NCBI GenBank assembly: GCA_963675745.2
Contig: CAXXWX010000026.1
Location: 768,001 to 832,000, forward strand
Direction: 5' to 3'
Source: Phycisphaerae bacterium
GTDB lineage: Bacteria > Planctomycetota > Phycisphaerae > UBA1845 > Fen-1342
DNA length: 64,000 nt
Every line of letters begins with the position of its first letter. Positions within the stretch are counted from its first letter, which is position 1. Of the stretch, positions 26,232 to 34,461 are shown in pieces. Position numbers and translations under genes: made by a program. Under the pieces are notes generated by a model. That model did not search any database. It saw only the letters and a program-made list of their open reading frames with translations, and had not been told where the DNA came from.

Positions 26232-26993
26232 ATGCCGTCAAACAACCGCATGCCATTACTTCTTTGCCTGATCGTCGCTGGAGTTGTCGCATTCACAGGG
26301 TGCGACAAGGGTTCGCGCGAGGCGGCGCAGCCGGCCGCATCTTCCGCGGCCGACGACCAGCCCAGCGCCGATGAACTGTCCGACGTCCGCGAACTGGTCC
26401 AGAAAGAGGCTACCGAACGGCGGTCAGCCGCGCCCGGCGCGATGGACGGCATCCCCGCGGGACATCCACCGATCGACCAGCAGACCACCCGGCAGCGGCC
26501 GCCGCGACCGGCCGAGGCGACCGGCATCAAGTACGTCGCCCCGGAGTCATGGACCAAGGAAACGCCGGCTTCCTCGATGCGCGCCGATCAATACAGCTTG
26601 CCACGCGCCGAAGGTGACGAGGAAGACGGTGAGCTGGCGATCTTCAAATTCGCGGCCGGATCAGGCGGCGCCATCGACGCCAATATCTCCCGCTGGCGCA
26701 AGCAGTTCTCCACCGCCGACGGCCAACCATTGCCGGATGACAAAGCGCTCCCCACGAAGACCGAGGTTAACGGCCTCGAGGTCACCTTGATCGACATCGA
26801 CGGACGCTACCAGGCAACCAGCATGATGTTCGGCGGTGCGCCGCCCGCCGCCAAGGACAATTACCGCATGCTCGGCGCGCTGGTTGATACTCCCGTCGGA
26901 TTGTGGGTCTTCAAAGCAGTCGGTCCCGCCGCCACGATGGCCAAACATGAAGAGAGTTTCAGCCAGTTCGTGCAGTCAGTGGAAACCGAGTAA
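26232..26993 (+). CDS. Conserved hypothetical lipoprotein
   Basis: Lipobox FTGC; IPAGHPPI motif; C-terminal domain P.SW...MR..QY, GG.IDANISRWRKQF and W.FKAVGP. TACAAT upstream at about 26179. Confidence 0.75.
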   Translation: MPSNNRMPLLLCLIVAGVVAFTGCDKGSREAAQPAASSAADDQPSADELSDVRELVQKEATERRSAAPGAMDGIPAGHPPIDQQTTRQRPPRPAEATGIKYVAPESWTKETPASSMRADQYSLPRAEGDEEDGELAIFKFAAGSGGAIDANISRWRKQFSTADGQPLPDDKALPTKTEVNGLEVTLIDIDGRYQATSMMFGGAPPAAKDNYRMLGALVDTPVGLWVFKAVGPAATMAKHEESFSQFVQSVETE

Positions 26994-27024
26994 CGCCGGT
27001 GTGTCAGTGAGGCCCAGCGCACCG

Positions 27025-27705
27025 ATGCCGGTCGTCGCAGGTGCCATCTGGATGGTGGCGGCCGTGCTGTGCAGCGGCTGCGCCCAGGTTAACGTCGATC
27101 TAAACGCCTACCTGGCGCGTGACGCATCATTCCCCGAGCCCGAGCGCGGTCAGACCATCGGCGTCGTCGTGGCATCGTCGCGCAACAACGCGCTGCTGGA
27201 GGATGAGGTCGCCGCAAAGGTCACGCGACTACTCGAGCAACAGGGCTATACCGTTGCCGTTGATAAAGAGCCGGACTATGTCCTGACCTGCGAGTTTGCG
27301 GTTGATTCCGGCCGCACCGTGGTCCGGACCGTCCGCCACGACGAGCCCCCCACCGTCTATCGTTCGTACTACCACGGCCCCGGTCGCATCTGTCGCGTGC
27401 GCACGACAACCCTGCCGGGCCGCACGCGTTATTTCACGCAGCGCCGCACCATCTACACACGTAGTCTGCACCTATCGCTGATCCGCGTTAGTGCCGCGCG
27501 TACCGACTCCGGCGAAACGCTCAGCGGGACCACCCTCTGGCAGTGTGACGCTCACAGCCCCGGTCAAAGCGCCGACCTGCGCTGGGTGATCAATCACCTG
27601 TTGCTCGCCGCGTTCGACCACTTCGGCGTCGATACGGGGCGGCGGGTGCATCTCACGCTGCCGTGGGAGGGAGAGCGCGTCATGAACCTGGCGGCCGGTG
27701 ATTGA
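27025..27705 (+). CDS. Hypothetical lipoprotein (DUF4136-like); start uncertain
   Basis: Lipobox CSGC; helix ...LEQQGY, PDYVL..EF.V, then R.LHL.LI...LWQ pattern. Confidence 0.55.
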   Translation: MPVVAGAIWMVAAVLCSGCAQVNVDLNAYLARDASFPEPERGQTIGVVVASSRNNALLEDEVAAKVTRLLEQQGYTVAVDKEPDYVLTCEFAVDSGRTVVRTVRHDEPPTVYRSYYHGPGRICRVRTTTLPGRTRYFTQRRTIYTRSLHLSLIRVSAARTDSGETLSGTTLWQCDAHSPGQSADLRWVINHLLLAAFDHFGVDTGRRVHLTLPWEGERVMNLAAGD

Positions 27706-27717
27706 ATCGCAACGCCA

Positions 27718-28992
27718 TTAATGCTCGTCAACCGTGATCACGTCTGCATCTTCACCGACGCCCAGGTAGCGCATGAGCGGCCCCATCGTCAGGCCCTGGA
27801 CAACCAACGAGAAAAACACGCAGCCAAAGCCGGCCACCAGCAGCGCCGGGCGGTAGTACGCCAGTATGCTTCCCTCGGGCAGTGCGTCCGCCGTCGGTAT
27901 GTGCAACAGTAGCGCGATCGGAATTGATCCGCGCAAACCGCCCCAGAACAGGATGTGCTTCCATGACTTCGGTCGCCGGCGGCCCACCTGGTTCAACCCC
28001 CAGTAGAACGAGTACGCGACCACACCGCGGCCGACCAGCATCGCCAGGATAGCCACCAGGCCGAGTCGCCACGGATCAACGGGAATCGGCCCCTGGATCT
28101 CGCGCAGCTCGAGCCCGATCAGAATGAACAGAAAGGAGTTCACAACGAATTCGAGCGATTCAAAGAACGTGTCGATTGTCTCGCGGGTTTTTGCGCCCAT
28201 CGTGAACTGCCGGCCGAAGTTGCCGATCAACAGCCCCGCCATCACCGTCGCAATCACACCCGAGAAGTGCAGCACCTCCGCCGCCCAGAAGGCCCCATAG
28301 GCCAGGACCAGACACAGGGCGTTTTCGAGCAGATGATCCTCAACACTGCGCAGCAGGGCGAACGTGATCAAACCCGCGACGGCCCCCAGCACCAGGCCGC
28401 CGGTGGAGATCTTCACAAACTCGAGCGCCGCCGACCCGACGCTCAGGTCGCCGCCACGCATGGCCGCTTCCAGCAGGATCGTGAACAGCACAATCCCGGT
28501 GGCATCATTGAATAGCGACTCACCCTCGACCAGGGCACGCAGGTCTTCCGGCGCCCGCGCCTGTTTGAACAGCGCCAATACACTGACCGGATCAGTCGGC
28601 GATATCATCGCCCCGAACAGCATCGCCACCAGAACCGACGATATGCCGGCCTGCCACCAGACCAGGCCCCCCACCAACAGCGTGGAGATGATCACACCCG
28701 GGACGGCGAAACACACGATCGGCGCAAGCTGTTTGAGCAGCCGACTGAGCTCCATGTGCAGCGCCCCCTGAAAGAGCAAGGGCGGCAGGAACACAAAGAA
28801 GATCAACTCGGTGCCGAAGCCCGTCTCCTCCGATTGGGGCCCCAGGTGCAGGACACCGATGCCAAACCCGACCAGCGTCAGAAAAATCGTGTACGGCAGG
28901 CGGGTGAACAACTTCACGACCACCCCGACGGCACAGGCCAGCAGCAACAGGCCTATGTAGACGCCGACGGCATGTTCAATCGCGTGTGGCAT
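27718..28992 (-). CDS. Na+/H+ antiporter, CPA1 (NhaP) family
   Basis: FFVFLPPLLF, ISPTDPVSV, EGESLFNDA, HFSGVIA and WGGLRG motifs; about 12 TM helices. Confidence 0.92.
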   Translation of the reverse strand: MPHAIEHAVGVYIGLLLLACAVGVVVKLFTRLPYTIFLTLVGFGIGVLHLGPQSEETGFGTELIFFVFLPPLLFQGALHMELSRLLKQLAPIVCFAVPGVIISTLLVGGLVWWQAGISSVLVAMLFGAMISPTDPVSVLALFKQARAPEDLRALVEGESLFNDATGIVLFTILLEAAMRGGDLSVGSAALEFVKISTGGLVLGAVAGLITFALLRSVEDHLLENALCLVLAYGAFWAAEVLHFSGVIATVMAGLLIGNFGRQFTMGAKTRETIDTFFESLEFVVNSFLFILIGLELREIQGPIPVDPWRLGLVAILAMLVGRGVVAYSFYWGLNQVGRRRPKSWKHILFWGGLRGSIPIALLLHIPTADALPEGSILAYYRPALLVAGFGCVFFSLVVQGLTMGPLMRYLGVGEDADVITVDEH

Positions 28993-29215
28993 GCGGCGTA
29001 GTGTAGCGGCTTACGCGGATGGATCGAGGGCGGGCGAGCTTCCGCAAAGGGTGGCCGGACGCAAAATCCACCGATTGTCGGCGCCAAATAACGTCGTTGC
29101 AAAACCACACGGCGTCAGGAACCGATATGAACAGCGTCCACGGTGTCGCCTTGAGGTAGTGCGTGGCAGATCGCTTGCCGTGGCGTCCCGCAAAAGTTCG
29201 ATGGGAGATCCTGAT

Positions 29216-30178
29216 ATGCGAACGGTCCTGATCACTGGCGCCGACGGTTTTGCAGGCAGCGTACTATTGGAGCACTTGCGCCAGCAGGGCTATAAGGCGG
29301 TTGCCGGCGTCCGTAACCGCGCACGCAAACTCGCATTGGAACAGCGTTACATCAGGTCGCTCGTCTGCGAGGTGGCTGACGCCATCAACGTCGCGCGCGT
29401 CGTCGCCGCCGTCAAGCCGGACAGCATCGTGCATCTGGCGGGCATGACGCGTGCGTACGAGGCTGAGGTGGATCCACTCGCCGGTTACCAGTCGATCGTA
29501 ACTGGTTGGGCCAACGTGCTGGATGCTGCACGCCGGGTCGTACCACGCGCGCGCATCCTGCTCATCAGTGCCTGCGACGTCTATGGCACATCCGCCACTG
29601 CGGACCGGCCGCTAAGCGAGAGCGACGGAATCTGCCCCGCAACGACCTTTGGCTCGCTGAAAGCCACCGCCGAGTCAATCGCCCATACCTTCCACAAGAA
29701 CCACCATCTCGACATCACGATCGCCAGGCCTTTCCATCACACCGGCCCGTGTCAGTCTGAGCATTTCTTCTTTGGCGCGGTCGCGAAGCGTCTGGCGGCC
29801 TGGGATCCAAGTGTCGATGGCGACCAGCTCGAACTGCCCGACCTGGACTGTCGCCGTGATGTGCTGCACGTCAAGGACGTGGCGGAGGCATACGAGGCAC
29901 TGCTCACAAACGGTCGGCCCAACGAGGTTTACAACGTCTGTGCGAACGCGACCCATACCTGCCGTGAGCTCGTACAGACGATGATCGACGCCAGCGGCGT
30001 ACAGGTGACTCTGCGGGATCAGCCGCCCTCCGACGACGAGAGCTGCGTGCCACCGGTCCTGTGGGGCGACAACCGGAAGATCTGCGAGGAAACCGGCTGG
30101 CAACCCGCCAGCAATGCCAATACGGCCGTCACCGAGCTGATGCGGCACTGCCAATCGCAGGTCGCCGCGCGCACGTAA
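29216..30178 (+). CDS. Extended SDR, NDP-sugar epimerase/dehydratase/reductase family (GMD/RMD-like), atypical active site
   Basis: LITGADGFAG, HLAG, RPFHHTGP, RD..HVKDV and YNVC motifs; YxxxK reads FGSLK. Confidence 0.8.
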   Translation: MRTVLITGADGFAGSVLLEHLRQQGYKAVAGVRNRARKLALEQRYIRSLVCEVADAINVARVVAAVKPDSIVHLAGMTRAYEAEVDPLAGYQSIVTGWANVLDAARRVVPRARILLISACDVYGTSATADRPLSESDGICPATTFGSLKATAESIAHTFHKNHHLDITIARPFHHTGPCQSEHFFFGAVAKRLAAWDPSVDGDQLELPDLDCRRDVLHVKDVAEAYEALLTNGRPNEVYNVCANATHTCRELVQTMIDASGVQVTLRDQPPSDDESCVPPVLWGDNRKICEETGWQPASNANTAVTELMRHCQSQVAART

Positions 30179-30451
30179 CGGGTGCGCCCGGTCCAACAGG
30201 TCTCGCCCCAGGGCGTGACGCCTCCCGAGCCGGCCGCCATAGCCGACACCTCCGCTCCACAATTGCACTGCCACAGCGGCGAGTTATCGGCTCGCACCCG
30301 TAATATCAGCGCGAACGGGGCTTGTCAGCTTTCTCCACCCGCGATATTATGCATGACTCGCGCCCGTCCTCCGGTGATAGGGCGCACTGGTGAACCGTCT
30401 AGCAACCGTCTTTCGGCACCGCTCAACCGCGGCGCCGAATCGGAGATCGCG

Positions 30452-30706
30452 ATGTCTGTAAGGCTTCGGCTGAAACGCATGGGTCGTACGCACAGGTCGT
30501 TCTTTCGCGTAACTGCGATCGACACACGCAGTCCGCGCGACGGACGAGTTCTGGAGGAACTCGGCATTTACGATCCGGCGAACAAGAACGCCGAGCAACA
30601 GGTCGACTTGAACAAAGAGCGGATCGAATATTGGCTGAGCGTTGGCGCCCAGCCGTCCGACACCGTGCGAAACCTGCTCAGGAAAAACGATATTGCCGTC
30701 AAGTAG
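30452..30706 (+). CDS. rpsP: 30S ribosomal protein S16
   Basis: VRLRLKRMG, D.RSPRDG and W..VGAQPSDTV motifs. Confidence 0.97.
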   Translation: MSVRLRLKRMGRTHRSFFRVTAIDTRSPRDGRVLEELGIYDPANKNAEQQVDLNKERIEYWLSVGAQPSDTVRNLLRKNDIAVK

Positions 30707-30740
30707 GACGGGTTGAAGCGGCCCATGGCCAAGAGAAACG

Positions 30741-31520
30741 ATGCGTATCGACGTCCTGACATTGTTCCCGGAGGTATTGCAGCCGTATCTAGCGGCGAGC
30801 ATCCTGGGGCGCGCGCAGGATGCCGGCCACGTTAGCTTCCACCTTCATCAACTCCGCGACTACACCGACGATCAACGCCATTTTACAGTAGACGATCGCC
30901 CGTTCGGCGGCGGCGCCGGCATGGTCCTAATGTGCCAGCCGATCTGTAACGCCGTCGAGGCGATAGAAGCGATGGACTCGCGAACGGCCCTGCGAATTCT
31001 CATGACTCCGCAGGGCCGTCCGTTTAACCAGCCGGCCGCCGCCCGTTTCGCTGGGGCCGAGCGGCTGCTGCTCATTTGCGGGCATTACGAAGGCTACGAT
31101 GAGCGGATCGTCGAGATTCTGCGGCCAATCGAGGTCAGCCTCGGCGATTTCGTGCTCACCGGCGGCGAGGTAGCCGCTCTGGCAGTCATCGACAGCGTTG
31201 TCCGTTTGTTGCCCGGTGTGCTGGGCAACGACGGCGCCACGCAAGACGAGAGCTTCCAGGGCAGCGAACTGGAATACCCGCAATACACCAGGCCACGCGA
31301 GTATCGCGGGCACGCGGTTCCCGAAGTCCTGCTGTCAGGGAACCATGCCGCCATCGATGCGTGGCGCAGACAGCAATCTGAACACCGCACCCGTCAGCGC
31401 CGGCCGGACCTGGCCCGCGATACCCGCTCCGGGTTCGCGACACGCGCGGCCGTTGGGTCGCGCAGCCACGGCGGCTATATGGGCGCAGAGGTGCGGCCCG
31501 CGGCGCAATGCGTCGCTTGA
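30741..31520 (+). CDS. trmD: tRNA (guanine-N1)-methyltransferase
   Basis: LTLFPE, VDDRPFGGGAGMV, CGHYEG.DER, SLGDFVLTGGE and YPQYTRP motifs. Confidence 0.97.
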   Translation: MRIDVLTLFPEVLQPYLAASILGRAQDAGHVSFHLHQLRDYTDDQRHFTVDDRPFGGGAGMVLMCQPICNAVEAIEAMDSRTALRILMTPQGRPFNQPAAARFAGAERLLLICGHYEGYDERIVEILRPIEVSLGDFVLTGGEVAALAVIDSVVRLLPGVLGNDGATQDESFQGSELEYPQYTRPREYRGHAVPEVLLSGNHAAIDAWRRQQSEHRTRQRRPDLARDTRSGFATRAAVGSRSHGGYMGAEVRPAAQCVA

Positions 31521-31544
31521 CGACCCACGAGGGAGAGCCGATCC

Positions 31545-32033
31545 ATGCGTAATCATCTGGTTGATGTTGTCGAAAGCAAATACCGCCGTCCCAATAGCCT
31601 GGACTTCGAGATCGGCGACAACGTGGTGGTGACGATCCGCATCATCGAGGGTGAAAAAGAACGCTTGCAGGACTTCAGCGGCACGGTCATCGCGCGACGT
31701 GGTGGCGGACTGAGCGAGACGTTCACGGTGCGCAAGCTGGTCGGCGACGAGGGCGTGGAACGCATCTTCCCGATCCACTCGCCGAAGGTCACCTCGATCA
31801 AGACGACACGCAGCGGCAAGGTCCGCCGGTGCAAGCTGTACTACCTACGTGATCGCGTCGGCAAGGCTCGCAAGCTGAAAGAACGCCGCATCACGGCCGA
31901 CGCGCGCCGCGCCGCGGCTGAGGCGCGGGCCGCCAAGCAGCGTGCGATCGCCGAGGCGCAGGAGCGCATCACGCGCGCCAAGGCCGAGCGCGCCGCGCAT
32001 ACCGACGCCGAAACCGAGTTGGCCACTACCTAA
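31545..32033 (+). CDS. rplS: 50S ribosomal protein L19 with an Ala/Arg-rich C-terminal tail
   Basis: [25 protein letters not shown] and KVRR.KLYYLR motifs. Confidence 0.97.
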   Translation: MRNHLVDVVESKYRRPNSLDFEIGDNVVVTIRIIEGEKERLQDFSGTVIARRGGGLSETFTVRKLVGDEGVERIFPIHSPKVTSIKTTRSGKVRRCKLYYLRDRVGKARKLKERRITADARRAAAEARAAKQRAIAEAQERITRAKAERAAHTDAETELATT

Positions 32034-32051
32034 GCAGCAGCAGGCGCCGGC

Positions 32052-32426
32052 GTGAGCGACACCCGCCGCGATCTCGGACTCCAAGGCGAGCGCCTGGCCG
32101 AAGCGTTCCTCAAGAACTGTGGGCTGCGCCCCCTCACCCGCCGATACAACACACCCGTTGGCGAGCTCGATCTCGTCATGCGCGATGCTGACACCGTCGT
32201 GTTTGTCGAAGTCAAGACGCTACGCGACGACCGGTTCATAGAGCCCCATGAGCACGTGGGCCGCGCCCAGCAACGTCACCTGATCAAGGCCGCGCGCTGG
32301 CTGCTCGAACGCAAGCACTGGATGGACCGCCCCTGCCGTTTCGACATCGTCGGCGTAGTGCTGCCGGACGTCGGCGAGCCGCGCATCCAGCACTTCCCCG
32401 ACGCCTTCAAGCCCCCACGTTGGTGA
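32052..32426 (+). CDS. yraN: YraN (UPF0102) family putative endonuclease
   Basis: LG..GE..A..FL, GELDLV, VFVEVK, CRFD and H..DAF motifs. Confidence 0.9.
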   Translation: MSDTRRDLGLQGERLAEAFLKNCGLRPLTRRYNTPVGELDLVMRDADTVVFVEVKTLRDDRFIEPHEHVGRAQQRHLIKAARWLLERKHWMDRPCRFDIVGVVLPDVGEPRIQHFPDAFKPPRW

Positions 32427-32549
32427 GCCCCGGCCGCACGTGCCCGACGTCTTGTCGGCCGGAGAAGGAGAACATGCCGACGCGAACAGCCGTCGGCATG
32501 GCACCCAGCGTTACATGGCACCCGGCCTTCAAGCCCCCACGTTGGTGAG
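32403..32549 (+). repeat. 25-bp perfect direct repeat (32403..32427 and 32525..32549) flanking a REP-containing spacer
   Basis: GCCTTCAAGCCCCCACGTTGGTGAG occurs twice. The first copy contains the yraN 3' end and stop codon. Confidence 0.85.
32472..32506 (-). repeat. REP-like palindromic element (family A), copy 2
   Basis: ACATGCCGACGCGAACAGCCGTCGGCATGGCACCC is the reverse complement of 1744..1778. Confidence 0.75.
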
Positions 32550-32581
32550 TTCCGCGTGGCTGCCGGCGATGACCCGTGCGT

Positions 32582-33373
32582 TCAACCGGCCTGCGACCGT
32601 TCTCCGCGGTAGACAACCACGCCGCCGAAATTCAACGCCACACTGGTTACGTTTGTAAAACCGGCGTCGGCCAGCCGGCGCGTCATCTCGGCACGTGTTT
32701 CAAATGTCTCAATTGAACGCGGCAGGTACTGGTACGCGCCACTGCGGTCCCGGCTGATCAGCCGCCCCAGCAGCGGCAGGGCCACGTCGCAGTATTTGCG
32801 ATATCCCCAGCGCAAGAGTCGATTCGCCGGCGGCGCGAATTCCAGAATCACCACGCGGCCGCCGGGCCTGAGTACGCGCCACATCTCGCGCAGCCCGGCC
32901 GGTAAGTCCTGGAAATTGCGCACGCCGAACGCACAAGTCACCACGTCCACCGCCCCATCCGCGATCGGCAGCGCCAGCGCGTCGGCGTGCAGCAGTTCGA
33001 GCGGGATCTTGACGCCGGCGTAAGTGCCCTGATTCAGCATCTCGCGGGCGAAGTCAACACCGATGAGCCTGGCCGGCGCGGGATGTCCGGCGGCCAGCGC
33101 CCGCAGCATGTCACCGGTCCCACAGCAAACATCGAGCACGACGTCACCGGCCCGCACGTCAGCGGCCAAAACGGCGCACCGTCGCCAGCGTGCGTCGCGC
33201 CCGAGGCTGGCTACTGTGTTTACGCGTTCGTACGTTGGCGCGATCGCGTTGAACATGGCCTCGACGCGTGCGGCTTTGGCCGGCTCGCCGTGCGGATCGC
33301 GCAGCGCGCGTTCGTCCCAGGCGCTCGATCGCGCTGAATCGGATGAGGTGGGATATTCTCCGGTTGGGCTCAT
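32582..33373 (-). CDS. ubiE: Demethylmenaquinone/ubiquinone methyltransferase (UbiE/MenG); start uncertain
   Basis: V..MF..IA..YE..N..SLG.D..WR, LDVCCGTGD, AFGVRN, RVLRPGG and Y.YL..SI motifs. Confidence 0.88.
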   Translation of the reverse strand: MSPTGEYPTSSDSARSSAWDERALRDPHGEPAKAARVEAMFNAIAPTYERVNTVASLGRDARWRRCAVLAADVRAGDVVLDVCCGTGDMLRALAAGHPAPARLIGVDFAREMLNQGTYAGVKIPLELLHADALALPIADGAVDVVTCAFGVRNFQDLPAGLREMWRVLRPGGRVVILEFAPPANRLLRWGYRKYCDVALPLLGRLISRDRSGAYQYLPRSIETFETRAEMTRRLADAGFTNVTSVALNFGGVVVYRGERSQAG

Positions 33374-33440
33374 CTTCCCGCTGGTGATCGGGGGCGACGG
33401 ATTGCGGCGGTCACGCGGCGGCTTTCTCGCCGGGCACTGC

Positions 33441-33484
33441 AAAAAACCAGCGGGCGTCGAAAGCCAGTAGCTCGACGCCCGCTG
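33441..33484 (-). terminator. Intrinsic terminator of the 6S RNA
   Basis: 13-bp stem CAGCGGGCGTCGA/TCGACGCCCGCTG followed by GTTTTTT on the minus strand. Confidence 0.8.
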
Positions 33485-33487
33485 TCC

Positions 33488-33699
33488 AAGTGGATTAACC
33501 TCCGCCGATGCCGTTGAGAGCTGGTTTGCTGAAACCCAACTTACAAAGTGGGTGGCTGCTGACGGCCCCGACCCAACGCTCAGTGGCGCCTCCGCCGGGG
33601 GAACGTTTCAGTCAGCCTCCCGCGGGTCAGCGTAACGGTTCCGCAAACTGATAGCTCTCTGGCGAACACCTCAGAGGCTTTTCCCACGGTCGAACGACT
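33488..33699 (-). ncRNA. ssrS: 6S RNA (probable; ends approximate)
   Basis: ~200-nt rod with nested end-to-end pairings (GTGG/CCAC, CCTCTG/CGGAGG, GAGAGCT/AGCTCTC, GTTTGC.GAACC/GGTTTCAGCAAAC) and a central bubble with CACCCAC. It has its own TATACT box at 33706..33711 and a terminator. Confidence 0.75.
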
Positions 33700-33889
33700 C
33701 TACTTAGTATAGCGATTCCTTCGACCGTCCAGCGCTGCGAAATTGAATTCTTCTCGCTGCCCGCGACTTCGAATTTGACGCACTGTGGCACACGATGTGC
33801 TAACCGCAATTCGCTCATGCCGCAAATCGGGCGCTGTCAAAGATGCGGCTCGCCGCAATCGCCACAGGCGCAGGCGCGCACCGCTCGCC

Positions 33890-34459
33890 TTACAAGATCA
33901 TCAGGCGGCGCAGGGGCTGATTGTCCTCCGCCTGATCATCAACGATCCAATGCGTGACCAGGTCGCGGTCCAGATCGATAGTGGCAACCGAATGGACCGT
34001 CGCGCGATGAAGCGCTCCCGGATTGACGAGATGCAGCCCACAGGCCAGTCGCTCCGAGTTGGCCTGATGCGAATGGCCATACAGCACATAGTTGACGCCC
34101 GACACCGCTGCCGGAAGCGCTTCATTCGGATCATCCAACGCATTGATCAACCGCTGAAATGTGGACTCATGGCCGTGCCACACGGCCAGCGTCTTGCCCC
34201 CCAGCTCCACATGCAGCGGAACACCATTTGGCACATGGACCCCGATCGTGGCGGCGTACTGGTGCAACGCGTCGAAATCACCGTCCGTGTTACCCAGCAC
34301 AAACCACGCGGGAAAGCCGGCGAGATGGTCGAGCACGCGCTCGTCGCCGAGATCGCCGCAGTGGATAAACGCTTCGGCCCCGGCACGTTTGAGTACATTC
34401 AGTGCCCGCGCGGTGCGCTCCAGCCGCCCGTGCGTATCGGACAAAACACCAACGATCAC
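33890..34459 (-). CDS. YfcE-family metallophosphoesterase
   Basis: SDTHG, HCGD, GNTD, HG, GHSH and NPG motifs. Confidence 0.9.
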   Translation of the reverse strand: MIVGVLSDTHGRLERTARALNVLKRAGAEAFIHCGDLGDERVLDHLAGFPAWFVLGNTDGDFDALHQYAATIGVHVPNGVPLHVELGGKTLAVWHGHESTFQRLINALDDPNEALPAAVSGVNYVLYGHSHQANSERLACGLHLVNPGALHRATVHSVATIDLDRDLVTHWIVDDQAEDNQPLRRLMIL

Positions 34460-34461
34460 GA

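Noticed and set aside
16898..27705. Classical porin-cytochrome (MtrAB/OmbB-type) conduit
   Set aside because: No outer-membrane beta-barrel gene is recognisable in the locus, so extracellular electron transfer is not established from this window.
30452..32033. Absence of rimM between rpsP and trmD
   Set aside because: Real, but operon variants lacking rimM are known, and the gene may lie elsewhere.
32403..32549. Direct repeats as a possible CRISPR array or prophage att pair
   Set aside because: Only two repeats with a 97-bp spacer; no cas genes or integrase nearby.
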